Assembly: GCA_035942255.1 (NCBI GenBank)
Contig: DASZDG010000103.1
Span: 15,540 to 79,539 of the forward strand
DNA from: Actinomycetota bacterium
Lineage (GTDB): Bacteria; Actinomycetota; CADDZG01; WHSQ01
Direction of reading: 5' to 3'
Length of the DNA: 64,000 nucleotides
Shown: piece by piece, positions 47,211 through 57,578 of the stretch
How positions within the stretch are numbered: position 1 is the stretch's first letter
Layout of the letters: each line of letters opens with the position of its first letter
Translations under genes and position numbers: made by a program
Notes under the pieces: generated by a model
Told to the model about the DNA's origin: nothing
Database searches by the model: none
What the model saw: the letters and a program-made list of their open reading frames with translations, nothing else

Positions 47211-48007
47211 CTGCAAGCTTCTTCGACCGCGCGGCTACCCGCTACGAGATCGACTTCGGCGACGCCTCCGTCTGGAGCATCGCCCACCGCGTCGCCGCGC
47301 GCATTCTCGACGACCACCTCCGGGAGTCGCCGCCTGACCGCGTCCTCGACGTGGGGTGCGGCACCGGCAAATGGGGGATGCCGTTCATCCGCCGCGGCGC
47401 GTCCGTGACGTTCACCGACGTCTCGCAGAGCATGCTGGCGACGGCGGTAGGGACGGCGACCGAGCTGGCGCGCGACGCGGACGTGAGGGGGTTCTGCGTG
47501 CCCGTCGAAGCGATGTCCGGCACCGTCGGGACCGGCGCGTTCGACCTCACGCTGTGCATGGGTGACCCCCTGTCGTACTGCGGCGACCACCGCGAGGGCA
47601 TCGCGGAGCTCGTCGCCGTGACGCGGCCCGGAGGGACGATCTTCCTGAGCGTCGACAGCCGTCTCGGCTACCTGAGGGTCTTCAAGGAGCGCGACGGGTA
47701 CGACCTTCGGCGACTCCGCGAGTACCTACGGACGGGCGAGCTGATCAGCTGGGAGGACCTCCCAATCCATACGTTCCTCCCCGGCGAGCTGCGGGACGGG
47801 TTCGCGGCCGCGGGGGCGGGATGCCGCGGGCTGTGGACGCTCCCCACGGTCTCCGCGTACTTCCTCTTCGACCCCGCGTTCAGGGAGATGCTCGAGGACG
47901 AGGCGTTTCGTGAGGAGCTGACCGACATCGAGATCGAGGCGCTCGGCATGGGCCAGGCGCCCCCCGGAAGCCATCACATCTACGCGCTCTTCGTCAGGGA
48001 CGAGTGA
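47201..48007 (+). CDS. class I SAM-dependent methyltransferase
   Basis: Motif I VLDVGCGTGKWG. Confidence 0.8.
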   Translation: MADAASFFDRAATRYEIDFGDASVWSIAHRVAARILDDHLRESPPDRVLDVGCGTGKWGMPFIRRGASVTFTDVSQSMLATAVGTATELARDADVRGFCVPVEAMSGTVGTGAFDLTLCMGDPLSYCGDHREGIAELVAVTRPGGTIFLSVDSRLGYLRVFKERDGYDLRRLREYLRTGELISWEDLPIHTFLPGELRDGFAAAGAGCRGLWTLPTVSAYFLFDPAFREMLEDEAFREELTDIEIEALGMGQAPPGSHHIYALFVRDE

Positions 48008-48804
48008 AGGGCCCCCTCGGCGGCGGCCCCGGTGAGCCGCCGCACGACACCGCGTCGTTCCTCGAAGGGCTGCGAAGCATCCGGCGGTTCGACGACCGGG
48101 ACGTCCCCGACGAGGTCGTGCGCCGCGCCATCGAGATAGGACAGCGCGCGCCGTCTGCCTCGAATCATCAGCCGTACTCGGTCATCGTCGTCAAGGACCG
48201 CGGGCTCCGCCACGAGCTCGAGACCACGCTGCGGGTCCAGCGCTTCGTCGAGGACGCGCCGGTCTTTCTGGTCGTTTGCGTGGACTGGTCGAGACAGGAC
48301 GCGGTCGCGCTCGAGGTCGGCGGGCCCACGCAGATGAACCAGCTCAGCCGGCTGGTGATCGGGATGACCGATTGCTCGATCTTCGCCCATCATCTAACGC
48401 TCGCCCTGATGGCGTTCGGGCTGGGCGTGTGCTTCGTCGCGAACCCCGTGCTCGCGCTCGACGAGACCGCGCGGATCCTGTCGTTGCCGAAGATCTCGTG
48501 CGTGCCGCTGCACGTGGTCGTCGCGGGATATCCCGCCGAGGACCCTCCGTTGCGCCCCCGCTATCCGACGGACCTCGTCGTCTTCGAGGACCGCGGATGG
48601 CACCCGCCCGACGTGGACGCCGTGCGCGACTACCTGCGGCGCGGCGACGAGCGCCTCCGGGAGGAGTCCTACTTCGAGGTGACGGGTGACGACGTGGGGA
48701 CCTGGTACGAACACTACGCCGTGAAATACGGGGACCGCGCGCTGAACCGGACTTGGGCGCCGCTCGCGAGCCAGATCCTGGGCTTCCTCGACCCTCATGC
48801 GTAA
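48004..48804 (+). CDS. nitroreductase-family FMN oxidoreductase (positioned as an azoline dehydrogenase)
   Basis: RSIRRFDDRDVPDEVVRRAIEIGQRAPSASNHQPY. Overlaps the methyltransferase stop and directly precedes the YcaO gene. Confidence 0.75.
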   Translation: MKGPLGGGPGEPPHDTASFLEGLRSIRRFDDRDVPDEVVRRAIEIGQRAPSASNHQPYSVIVVKDRGLRHELETTLRVQRFVEDAPVFLVVCVDWSRQDAVALEVGGPTQMNQLSRLVIGMTDCSIFAHHLTLALMAFGLGVCFVANPVLALDETARILSLPKISCVPLHVVVAGYPAEDPPLRPRYPTDLVVFEDRGWHPPDVDAVRDYLRRGDERLREESYFEVTGDDVGTWYEHYAVKYGDRALNRTWAPLASQILGFLDPHA

Positions 48805-50877
48805 GTGACGTCCGGGGCGGACGTTTACTGCCGCCTGGCGCGCGGCGGCGCGTGTGGTCCCGCCGCCGCCGGCTTCTTCGCCGAGGCAGGGGGCCGGTTC
48901 TTTCGATGGAAGGTCGATGCGCCGGCGGTCGACCGGCTCCTGTGGGCACTGATGCTGCGCCAGGGCGTCTACGTCCGGGATCTACTGCGGTGGGCCGGGA
49001 GATACCGCGGGGGCCTGCGGACGATCGTCGACCACGGGCTCGCCGAAGGCTGGCTCGAGGGCGAGCGCGATGCGCCGGCGGACCCTGCTCTCCATCCGGC
49101 GGGAGCCGCGCTTCTTCTCGGCTCGCCGTCGTTGATACCGCCGGGGGTCGCGGTCTCCTCCGCCGACGCCGGTCCCGCGGCTCGTATCGAAGCGTCTCTC
49201 TCCCTAGACGCGAGCGTGGTCGTCTACGAGGGCGCTCGCATGCGGTGGCGGGGTTTCGCCGCGCTGTGCGAGGTGCCCGCCGCCGTCCCGGTGGTCGCTC
49301 ACCTGGACCTCGGTCACGAGGTGCTCGTCGTGACGCTCCCGGCGGGCTGCGGCGCGTGTCTCGAGTGCGCGCTCCGATGGTACGAGGGGTCGTCGCCGAA
49401 CGCCCGTGAGGTGAGCGAATGGGTGAGGTCGGTGGTCGCGCAGCCGCTCACAGACGTCGCGGGTCCTCCGGCGGCGGCCGGGGTCGTGTGCCTGCGCGTG
49501 AGCGAGGTCCTGGAGGGCACGCGAACGCGCGCCTCGATCGACCTCGTTCGGGTTCCGGACGAAGCAAGCGAGGAGGTCCCCCTCGTGCGCCATCCGTCTT
49601 GTGGCGGCGGAACATCCGTGCACGGCGCCATGGCGGCGTCGCAGGGACCGGAAAGCTTGGCGGCTGCGATTGGCAGGGGCCGGATCATCCACGGCTTCGC
49701 GACCGAGGACATCGGGACGCCCGCGGGTGCTCCCGCGTACCACCTCGCACGGGCGGCGCCCAACTCCGCCACGAGGACGAGGACGGTCGACCCGGTCTTC
49801 TGCTTCGGCGACGACACCGACCCCGCGGTCGCGCGCATCCGCTGCATCGCGGAGTGCCTCGAGCGGTACTGCATCTTCCATTACGACGGGGCGCGCCTCG
49901 TGAGGAGCACTCGCGCTGACCTCCCCGCCGCGGTCGATCCGCGCTCTCTTCCGTTGTTCCCGGACGACCGTTACGACGACCGAGGGTTTGGTTTCGCCCC
50001 TTACGTGGAGCCGGCCGAGCTCGACTGGGTGGAGGGGACCAGGCTCCGCGACGGGTCGTCCGCATGGGTTCCTGCGGAGGCCGTCTTCCTCGGGTACGAA
50101 CCGCCCGGGCTACCGCTCCTGCCGGCATCCTCGACGGGCGTGGCGGTCGCGGCTTCGACGGAGGCTGCGGTGGAGGGCGCGTTGCTGGAGGTGCTCGAAC
50201 GAGACGCGCTCGCCCTCGCGTTCTTGTTGCGGATGCGGTTGCCCCGCGAGGACCTGAGCGCCGACGAGCACATCGCCCCTCTCGTCGAGCGGATGCAGTC
50301 GGAGGGGTTCGTCGTCACCGCGTTCTCGTTGCGCCTCGACGTGGACGTGCCGGCGTTCCTCGTGACGGCCGTACGGGTCGAGGGCGACGCGCCACGCCTC
50401 CTGCGGGGAGCGGCTGCGTCGCCCGACGCGAGCGACGCGTTGAGGCATGCCTTCAGGGAGACATGGAGGAGCTTTCTCTACTACCGCAGCTATCCGCGCA
50501 CGCTGCCGGTAGCGCTGGAGGACGTGTCGCCGAACAGCATCGAGTACAACATCGCGTATTACCAGGACGCGACTTGCGTGAGGGAGTTGGACTTCCTCGC
50601 CGGCGGCCGAGCCGGGCCTGGTGATGCGAGCACGCAGTCGGCGCGCTCGGTCGTCGAGCGCGTGGGGGAGCGTGGTTACGAGCCCATACACGTCGACTGC
50701 ACCTTGCCGGAGGTCGCTAGCCTGGGCTTTCGTTGTGCGCGCGTGATCGTCCCGGGGATGCAACCCCTCAGCTTCGGCAGACAGCCGTGGCGTCTGGCGG
50801 AGGAGCGGATCGCGGCGATTGCCGGGCGCGCCGTCCCGCGAGATTCGCTCAACACCGGCACGCACTTCTTCGCCTGA
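48805..50877 (+). CDS. YcaO-domain protein with ~280-aa N-terminal extension (fused cyclodehydratase-like)
   Basis: YcaO region: AECLERYCIF...ASSTGVAVAASTEAAVEGALLEVLERDA...VIVPGMQPL. The N-terminal part has a wHTH-like stretch and a Cys cluster (CGACLEC...HPSCGGG). Confidence 0.75.
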   Translation: MTSGADVYCRLARGGACGPAAAGFFAEAGGRFFRWKVDAPAVDRLLWALMLRQGVYVRDLLRWAGRYRGGLRTIVDHGLAEGWLEGERDAPADPALHPAGAALLLGSPSLIPPGVAVSSADAGPAARIEASLSLDASVVVYEGARMRWRGFAALCEVPAAVPVVAHLDLGHEVLVVTLPAGCGACLECALRWYEGSSPNAREVSEWVRSVVAQPLTDVAGPPAAAGVVCLRVSEVLEGTRTRASIDLVRVPDEASEEVPLVRHPSCGGGTSVHGAMAASQGPESLAAAIGRGRIIHGFATEDIGTPAGAPAYHLARAAPNSATRTRTVDPVFCFGDDTDPAVARIRCIAECLERYCIFHYDGARLVRSTRADLPAAVDPRSLPLFPDDRYDDRGFGFAPYVEPAELDWVEGTRLRDGSSAWVPAEAVFLGYEPPGLPLLPASSTGVAVAASTEAAVEGALLEVLERDALALAFLLRMRLPREDLSADEHIAPLVERMQSEGFVVTAFSLRLDVDVPAFLVTAVRVEGDAPRLLRGAAASPDASDALRHAFRETWRSFLYYRSYPRTLPVALEDVSPNSIEYNIAYYQDATCVRELDFLAGGRAGPGDASTQSARSVVERVGERGYEPIHVDCTLPEVASLGFRCARVIVPGMQPLSFGRQPWRLAEERIAAIAGRAVPRDSLNTGTHFFA

Positions 50878-50880
50878 TCC

Positions 50881-52008
50881 TCAGGCGCGGACCAGCCGGA
50901 GCTCCTCGACCGACCGGAACCCGACACGCCGCCGCCACCTAGGGGGGTGCGCGATCGTCCACGAGCGCATGAAGATCCGCGCCCGGGGGACGAGGACGTT
51001 CATCTCCGCACGCGCCAGCGCGGCGCCGAGACAGTAGTGGGGGCCGTAACCGAACGAGAGGTGGCGTGGGGTACGTCCACCGTCGGCGACTTCGAACGAG
51101 GAGCGGTCGAGGTTCGCCGCGGCCAGGACGAGGTAGACGTGCTCGTGGTCACGCACCTCGAGCGAGCCTAGGGAGATCGCTTCCCGCGCGACGCGGCCGA
51201 CCGACTGCGCGGGCGAAACCAGCCGCAGCAGCTCGTCGATTCCTCTGGGCTCGCGTCGGGTGGAGGCGTCGCGGAGGACCGTGCCGACGAGGAAGTTCGC
51301 CGAGTTCTCGAACCCGGCGTGGAGTAGCACGGACGGTGTCACCGTTGCCTCCCTCTGGGTTACGGCACCGGACGCGCGTGCGTCTTCGAGGTGGCCGACC
51401 AGGGCGCTCGACGAGGCGAGGCTCCCGAAGCGGTCGTCGAAGTACCGCAACAGCTCGAACGACGCCCTCGACCCCGCGACGCGCTCGGACGGCTCCTCGA
51501 ACGGCTCGATCGTCGCGGTAACGCGGCGGAGCTGCGGGAGGAGCTCGTCGACCTCTTTCGCCGCGAGCCCGAGCAGACCCCCGATGATCCGCGCGGTAGC
51601 GGGCTGCGCGACGTCGGTCAGGAAGTCGATCGAGTCCCGACCTCCGACGCCCTCGATGACTTCGTCCCACGTCTGCGCGACGAAGTCGTCGAGCGACACG
51701 CGGTTCGCGCCGTGAGAGATCGCGTCGTAGACGACCTTCCGGAGGCGCGCATGCTCCGGCCCGTCCATGAACAGGAGGTTCCCCGACTCACCACTCGCCG
51801 CCGAGACCGGCCGCCGATCGGCCGCGAGCCGAGGGTCGGTGAGAAGCCCCCGGCACAGGCCGTAGTCGGCGACCCAAACCCGTCCGGCGCGGCGATCCCA
51901 TCCACCCGCGTCCGCCAAAGCCCGGTAGAAGGGGGCGGGGTCCTCGAAGAACGAATCGGGAAGCGGGTCCGGCTGCGCCTGTGGGGCAGGGGCCGCGGCG
52001 TCACTCAT
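50881..52008 (-). CDS. cytochrome P450
   Basis: Heme loop FGYGPHYCLGAALAR. I-helix-like HAGFENS. Confidence 0.85.
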   Translation of the reverse strand: MSDAAAPAPQAQPDPLPDSFFEDPAPFYRALADAGGWDRRAGRVWVADYGLCRGLLTDPRLAADRRPVSAASGESGNLLFMDGPEHARLRKVVYDAISHGANRVSLDDFVAQTWDEVIEGVGGRDSIDFLTDVAQPATARIIGGLLGLAAKEVDELLPQLRRVTATIEPFEEPSERVAGSRASFELLRYFDDRFGSLASSSALVGHLEDARASGAVTQREATVTPSVLLHAGFENSANFLVGTVLRDASTRREPRGIDELLRLVSPAQSVGRVAREAISLGSLEVRDHEHVYLVLAAANLDRSSFEVADGGRTPRHLSFGYGPHYCLGAALARAEMNVLVPRARIFMRSWTIAHPPRWRRRVGFRSVEELRLVRA

Positions 52009-52963
52009 CTACGTGCTCGAGCCACGACGCGTACTCGTCGATCTCCCCCTTGATCGCCGAGTAGAACGTCTCCTGGATCTTCTTCGTGATGACGCCGGGG
52101 CCTCCGAGCTCGTGGTCGTCGATCGAACGGATCGGGACGACCTCGGCTGCAGTCCCGGTGAGAAACGCTTCGTCAGCGACGTAGACGTCGGCTCGGTTGA
52201 GCTTCGCTTCGCGGGTGACCCATCCCAGGTCTGCTGCGATCCGTACGACCGAGTCCTGGGTGATCCCCCGGAGCGCGCCCAGTGACGCCGGGGGTGTAAC
52301 CAGCTCGTCGTTCAGCACGGCGAAGAAGTTGAGCGTCGTCCCCTCCGCGACGTATCCGCCCGGGCTGAGGAGGATCGCGTCGTCGTACCCCGCCCGGACG
52401 GCCTCCACCTTGGCGAGTGACGAGTTTATGTAGCGCCCCGTCGCCTTCGCCTGCGGGGGGATCGCGTTCGAGTCGATCAGCCGGAAGCTCGAGATCTTCG
52501 CGCGGATGCCGTTGCGGATCGCGTCGTCGCCCAGAGACGTCCTCAGGGGGAACGCGATTATGGCGACCCTGCTCTCCGAGACGAGGGGGTTCAACCCGAT
52601 CTCTCCGTCGCGCAAGAAAACGATCGGCCGGATGTAGCACGACGCCAGGTCGTTCACGCGGACGAGGTCCTTCGTCGCGGCGACGAGCTCTTCGACCGAG
52701 TACGGGACGTCCAGCGTGAGCATCCGCGCCGAGCGGTGCAGCCGCCGCATGTGGTCGGTGAGCCGGAACGCCGCGGGGCCCCGGGCGCTCTCGTAAGTCC
52801 GGATGCCCTCGTACACGCCCCACCCGTAGTGAAGCGAGGGCGTCAGGACGTGGATGTTCGCGTCGGCCCAGTCGACGAGCGCGCCGTCCATCCAGATCTT
52901 CTCGGTCTTCGCAACGGGCACGTCCGCCTCCGGAGTCCGCGGCGGCCGACCGGCCACCCCCAC
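52001..52963 (-). CDS. class IV (branched-chain / D-amino acid type) aminotransferase
   Basis: WMDGALVDWADANIHVLTPSLHYGWGVYEGIRTY...GITQDSV... An alternative GTG start is at 52921. Confidence 0.8.
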   Translation of the reverse strand: MGVAGRPPRTPEADVPVAKTEKIWMDGALVDWADANIHVLTPSLHYGWGVYEGIRTYESARGPAAFRLTDHMRRLHRSARMLTLDVPYSVEELVAATKDLVRVNDLASCYIRPIVFLRDGEIGLNPLVSESRVAIIAFPLRTSLGDDAIRNGIRAKISSFRLIDSNAIPPQAKATGRYINSSLAKVEAVRAGYDDAILLSPGGYVAEGTTLNFFAVLNDELVTPPASLGALRGITQDSVVRIAADLGWVTREAKLNRADVYVADEAFLTGTAAEVVPIRSIDDHELGGPGVITKKIQETFYSAIKGEIDEYASWLEHVDE

Positions 52964-53016
52964 CCGCGTCGCCTGCGAGAATAACCTCGTCCGGGGTCGC
53001 CGAGCGGGGGTGGACG

Positions 53017-54165
53017 GTGGACGCGAAGGAAGCGGCGCGACAGCGGTTGGAGCGGGAGCGTGAGCGGCTGATCGACCTTAGCCACCGGATCCACGCGACG
53101 CCCGAGCTTGCGTTCGAGGAGGAGCGTTCCTCGGCCTGGACGGCAGAGGCGCTGTCGGGTGCAGGGTTCGCGGTGACTCCGAACGTCGCAGGTCTGCCGA
53201 CGGCTTTCACCGCACGCGCGGGCGAAGGTCCGCTGCGCGTCGCGATTTGCGCCGAGTACGACTGCCTGCCCGGGATCGGTCACGCGTGCGGCCACAACAT
53301 CATCGCCGCGAGCGCGGTCGGAGCCGCGATCGCGGCAGCGGCCGTGGCCGACGACCTCGGCCTCACCGTCACGGTCGTGGGGACACCGGCCGAGGAGAGC
53401 GGCGGCGGCAAGATCATCCTGCTCGAGGACGGCGTGTTCGCCGGCCAGCACGCGGCGATGATGGTCCACCCGGCGCCTTACGACGCGGTCCGCAGGCCCC
53501 TCCTCGCGATGACCCAGTTCGGCGTCACGTATCGCGGGAAGGCATCTCATGCCTCGGCCTACCCGGAGCTGGGCGTGAATGCCGCCGACGCGCTGACGGT
53601 CGCGCAGACCGCGATCGGGCTCCTGCGCCAACACCTCCGGCCCGCCGACCGCGTGCACGGGATCGTCACGCATGCGGGCGACGCGCCGAACGTCGTCCCG
53701 GCGCTCGCGACCGCGACCTATCAGGTCCGAGCCACGACGGTCGACGACCTCGACGACGTCTATCGCAAGGTGAGGAGGTGCTTCGACGCCGGCGCTCTCG
53801 CGACGGGCGCGGAGCTCTCGGTCGAGGAGGCGTGGAAGCCGTACGCCGAGATGCGGCACGACGCGGAGCTCGCGACGCTCTACCGCGCGAACGCGGAGCG
53901 ATTGGGGCGCACGTTCTCCGACACGGTCGAGGCGAAACCCCCAGCGGCGTCGACCGACATGGGGAACGTCTCGCAGATGCTCCCGTCGATCCATCCCTTC
54001 GTCGGGATCGATTCGTCCCCGGCGGTGAACCACGAGCCCGCGTTCGCGGCGCATTGCGTAACGCCGGCTGCGGACAAGGCCCTGGCGGACGGAGCGCTCG
54101 GGCTCGCGTGGACGGCGATAGACATCGCCTCGGACGAATCGCTGGCGGCGCGGCTGATGGGTTAG
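53017..54165 (+). CDS. M20 family amidohydrolase
   Basis: IHATPELAFEE, EYDCLPGIGHACGHN and GTPAEESGGGK. Confidence 0.85.
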   Translation: MDAKEAARQRLERERERLIDLSHRIHATPELAFEEERSSAWTAEALSGAGFAVTPNVAGLPTAFTARAGEGPLRVAICAEYDCLPGIGHACGHNIIAASAVGAAIAAAAVADDLGLTVTVVGTPAEESGGGKIILLEDGVFAGQHAAMMVHPAPYDAVRRPLLAMTQFGVTYRGKASHASAYPELGVNAADALTVAQTAIGLLRQHLRPADRVHGIVTHAGDAPNVVPALATATYQVRATTVDDLDDVYRKVRRCFDAGALATGAELSVEEAWKPYAEMRHDAELATLYRANAERLGRTFSDTVEAKPPAASTDMGNVSQMLPSIHPFVGIDSSPAVNHEPAFAAHCVTPAADKALADGALGLAWTAIDIASDESLAARLMG

Positions 54166-55052
54166 TCGCTCGGCGAGGGCTGCGCCACCTTCGTCGCGAG
54201 GAGATCGTCGAGCGCCCCCGCAAGTCCTGGACTGACCTGTGTCAGCGGGAGGCGGCACTGCGGGGACCGGATGAGCCCCATCCGCCACAGGCAGTGCTTG
54301 AGGGGCATCGGATTCGGTTCTGCGAACAGCATCGAGACGATCGGGGCGAGGAGCTTCCACTCACGGCGCGCGCTCTCCACATCGTTCTCCCGTATGCGTC
54401 TCTCGACGCCGACGAACGTCTCCGTGGCGACGTGTGCGGCCGCGAGGATGCCTCCGGCCGCGCCGTTCGCGAGCACGGTGAAGAACTGGTTGTCCTCGCC
54501 GGTGAGCACGGCGAGCCGGTCCCCGGCGCGCGCTAGGAGGTCGGCCGTCTGAGCCAGCGAGCCGGACGAGTCCTTCACGGCGACGACGTTTCGACATGAG
54601 TCCGCGAGCGCGAGGAGCGTGTCGTTCTCGATGTTGATCCCCGTCCGGTACGGGATGTTGTAGACGATGATCGAGCGCGACGTGCTGCTGGCGACGCGCT
54701 CGAAGTGCGCCAGGATCCCGTCCTGCGGCGGACGGTTGTAGTAGGGGCATACGACGAGGTAGCCGGCGACGTCGAACCGCTCGAGGTGGTGGATCGTCTC
54801 GACGACCGACCGCGTCACGTTCCCGCTGACGCCGACGTACACCGGCGCGCGCCCCGCGACGGTCTGCACCGTCGCGTCGACGATCCGGTCGCGCTCGTCG
54901 GGAGTTATGGCGGGACTCTCACCGGTCGTGCCGAGTGGGATGACACCCGCGACGCCGGCGCGGACGTAATGCTCGATCAGTCCGACATAGGAGTCGAGAT
55001 CGACTTCGTCGTCCACGAACGGCGTGATGGCCGGCAGGTACACACCGTTCAA
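54162..55052 (-). CDS. DapA/HTPA-synthase family class I aldolase (second copy in window)
   Basis: GTTGESPAIT, YNIPYRTG and AVKDSSG. The TTG at 55052 is preceded by GGAGGAG. The rest of listed ORF 54162-56189 is antisense to the ligase gene. Confidence 0.8.
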   Translation of the reverse strand: MNGVYLPAITPFVDDEVDLDSYVGLIEHYVRAGVAGVIPLGTTGESPAITPDERDRIVDATVQTVAGRAPVYVGVSGNVTRSVVETIHHLERFDVAGYLVVCPYYNRPPQDGILAHFERVASSTSRSIIVYNIPYRTGINIENDTLLALADSCRNVVAVKDSSGSLAQTADLLARAGDRLAVLTGEDNQFFTVLANGAAGGILAAAHVATETFVGVERRIRENDVESARREWKLLAPIVSMLFAEPNPMPLKHCLWRMGLIRSPQCRLPLTQVSPGLAGALDDLLATKVAQPSPSD

Positions 55053-55132
55053 GCGGATCTCCTCCCCGCGGTCGCGTTCACATCCCTGCGCTATCGTAGT
55101 CGCCGAGTCGTCGGGGAGGGGACGAACGTGCC

Positions 55133-56674
55133 GTGCCGCCGCATCCGGCCCTGCCTCCGAGTCGAGTTGCCGGAGGTGCCGACGTGGATACCGGGTTCGC
55201 TCGCTCCCGAGATGCTGCCGGATCGGCCCTCGCACGCGCGCACCAGGTCTACCTCGAGCGTCCCGACGACCCGGCTCTCGTCGTCGACGGTCGCGACGTC
55301 CTGACGTATCGGGAGCTTCACGAACGTTCGCAAGGCATCGCGGACGACCTGCGCGGTCGCGGCCTCGAGCCCGGCGACCGGGTCCTGTTGTCGTTTGCGG
55401 CGACCGAGTGGGCATCATTCCTGCCCGTGTGGCTGGGCGTGGTGAGGGCGGGGCTGGTCGCCGTCTCCGTCTCCACGCGCTTTGCCGAGCGCGAGCTGGC
55501 CAGGGTCGTCCAAGACGCCCGGCCCGCGCTCGGGATCGTCTCGCCGTCGGGCCCGCGGCCCGTGAGCACGTCGGTCCCGCTCGTCGCCACGTCCGACGTC
55601 TACGCCGCGCCCGCGCGCACCGCCGACGCCCTCGTCGTCGAGGAGTCCGCTCTGGCCGCGATCCTGTACACCTCCGGGACGACCGGGACGACCAAAGGGG
55701 TCGCATGCCCGCACGGTTCGCTCGTCGCGGCGAGCTTCCCCGAACCGAGGCGGTCGATCCATGCGTTCCCGTTCGACGCCGCGGCGGGACAGAACGTCTT
55801 CGTGCGCGCTCTCCTCGGGTCGCCCACGCACGCGCTGTCGACCTTCGCGCCTGGCCGGTTCGTCGACCTGGTTGCCGGCCACGACATCGAGTGGGCGGGC
55901 ATCGTCCCCACCATGGGAACGATGCTCGTGCGCTCGGGTGTCCTGCACCACCGCGCCCTGCCGTCGCTCCGCGTCCTCTGTCTGGCCGGCGCGCCAAGCC
56001 CACCGGTCCTCCTCGACCGGCTGCAGCGCGAGCTCCCGGACGCCCAGATCGTGAACCACTACACGCTGACAGAGGCAGGGCCGATGTTCCTCGCGCAGGT
56101 CTACGAGCCGTCGCGTCCCACCGCGGTGGGCCCGACGAGCGGCGACGTCGAGGTGCGCGTGCTCGACGAGGGGGGCCGGGAGGCCTCACGCGGCGACGTG
56201 GGGGAGATCGCGCTGCGCGCCCGGTGGCCGACAGTTGCGCGCTGCTACTTCGGTGACGAAGAGGCGACCGCGCGCACGTTCTCTCCAGACGGGTGGCTTC
56301 GCACGGGCGACCTGGGGTTCGTGGACGAGGACGGGTTCCTGCATCTCGTCGACCGCAAGAAGGATCTCATCATCCGCGCGGGCCGGAACATCTCTTGTCT
56401 GGAGGTGGAGGCGGTCATCGCCGAGCATCCGGACGTGGCGGACGTCGCGGTCTTCGGCTTGCCGCACGACGCGGTGGGCGAGATCGTCGCGACGGCGGTA
56501 GTGCTGGAGAGACCGGTGACGGAGCGGGCTCTCCGCGACCATGTCCGCCGCCATCTGACAGAGGAGAAGGTCCCGGAGGTCGTCGTAGTGCGCGACTCGC
56601 TGCCGCGGACCGAGACGGGCAAGGTCCTGAAACGCGTGCTCGCGGCCGAAACGGCGGGACGTCTCCGGGGTTAG
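55133..56674 (+). CDS. AMP-dependent synthetase/ligase (stand-alone adenylating enzyme)
   Basis: LYTSGTTGTTKGV, GDLGFVDEDGFLHLVDRKKDLI and a terminal GKVLKR. The start may lie a few codons downstream. Confidence 0.85.
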   Translation: MPPHPALPPSRVAGGADVDTGFARSRDAAGSALARAHQVYLERPDDPALVVDGRDVLTYRELHERSQGIADDLRGRGLEPGDRVLLSFAATEWASFLPVWLGVVRAGLVAVSVSTRFAERELARVVQDARPALGIVSPSGPRPVSTSVPLVATSDVYAAPARTADALVVEESALAAILYTSGTTGTTKGVACPHGSLVAASFPEPRRSIHAFPFDAAAGQNVFVRALLGSPTHALSTFAPGRFVDLVAGHDIEWAGIVPTMGTMLVRSGVLHHRALPSLRVLCLAGAPSPPVLLDRLQRELPDAQIVNHYTLTEAGPMFLAQVYEPSRPTAVGPTSGDVEVRVLDEGGREASRGDVGEIALRARWPTVARCYFGDEEATARTFSPDGWLRTGDLGFVDEDGFLHLVDRKKDLIIRAGRNISCLEVEAVIAEHPDVADVAVFGLPHDAVGEIVATAVVLERPVTERALRDHVRRHLTEEKVPEVVVVRDSLPRTETGKVLKRVLAAETAGRLRG

Positions 56675-56679
56675 GCGGC

Positions 56680-57435
56680 TCAGCGGGACAGCACCCCGGC
56701 CCCGGCCAGCTCCTCGAGGAGGATCGGCGCGAACGCAGGGTCGTGCACGAAGAAGTGGGAGCCCGGGACGACGCGCCACCGGAAGACGCCGCCTGCGTGC
56801 GCGCCCCACGCCTCGCAGGCATCCGGCGAGACGCGTTCGTCCGCAGCTCCCGTGAACGCGAGCAGCGGACATGCGACGCGATCGCCGTCCTCGTGACGGT
56901 AGGCCTCCGCCGCGGCGACGTCGGCACGCAACGCAGGGACGAGGTCCTTCAGGATCTGCGGCTTGTTGAGGAGCTCGTTGGGGATCCCTCCGAGGCGCGC
57001 GACCGCGGCGATCAGCTCTGCGTCGGAGAGATGGCCGAACCCGGCCCCCCGCCGCGGGCGGTGCGGCGCCCTCGCACCGGAGACGACGAGGGCCGCCGGG
57101 ACAGCGCGACGCTGGAGCGCCCGCGCCACCTCGTACGCGACGACCGCCCCGAAGCTGTGTCCGTAGAGCACGAACGGGATCTCTGCGACCTGGGCGAGGA
57201 TCGGGGGCACGACCTCGTCGACGACGTCGGAGACGCGCGTCGCCGGCACGTCCCGCAACCGGTTCTGCCGCCCGGCCAGCTGCACCCCCACGACGCGTAG
57301 CTGCGGCAGACGATCGGCCCACGGCCGGTACGCGGTAGCCGGAGCACCCGCGTGCGGGAACGCGATCAAGACCGGCCGGTCCTCCGGGACGTCCTGCGAC
57401 AGGACGACGAGCGGCCGTGTCCGGCTGGGGTCCAC
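56680..57435 (-). CDS. type II thioesterase
   Basis: LIAFPHAGAPA..., GHSFGA nucleophile elbow and a C-terminal HFF motif. Confidence 0.85.
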   Translation of the reverse strand: MDPSRTRPLVVLSQDVPEDRPVLIAFPHAGAPATAYRPWADRLPQLRVVGVQLAGRQNRLRDVPATRVSDVVDEVVPPILAQVAEIPFVLYGHSFGAVVAYEVARALQRRAVPAALVVSGARAPHRPRRGAGFGHLSDAELIAAVARLGGIPNELLNKPQILKDLVPALRADVAAAEAYRHEDGDRVACPLLAFTGAADERVSPDACEAWGAHAGGVFRWRVVPGSHFFVHDPAFAPILLEELAGAGVLSR

Positions 57436-57578
57436 CGCACGAGCTTAGGTCTAGGTCCGTGACGGGGCCTTCGGAGTCGCGCGAGTATTAACTCGTGTTG
57501 CCTTGCTTGCTAACGTTCGAGTTGCAGCACTAGGCTCTCGTCAGGCGATCGAGACGCGGACGACACAGGGGGTGGGAG

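Noticed and set aside
54162-56189. 675-aa ORF extending the DapA-family gene upstream.
   Set aside because: The region upstream of 55052 is antisense to the adenylating ligase and translates to Arg/Pro-rich sequence with no recognisable domain. The TTG at 55052 with a GGAGGAG SD gives a full-length 296-aa aldolase.
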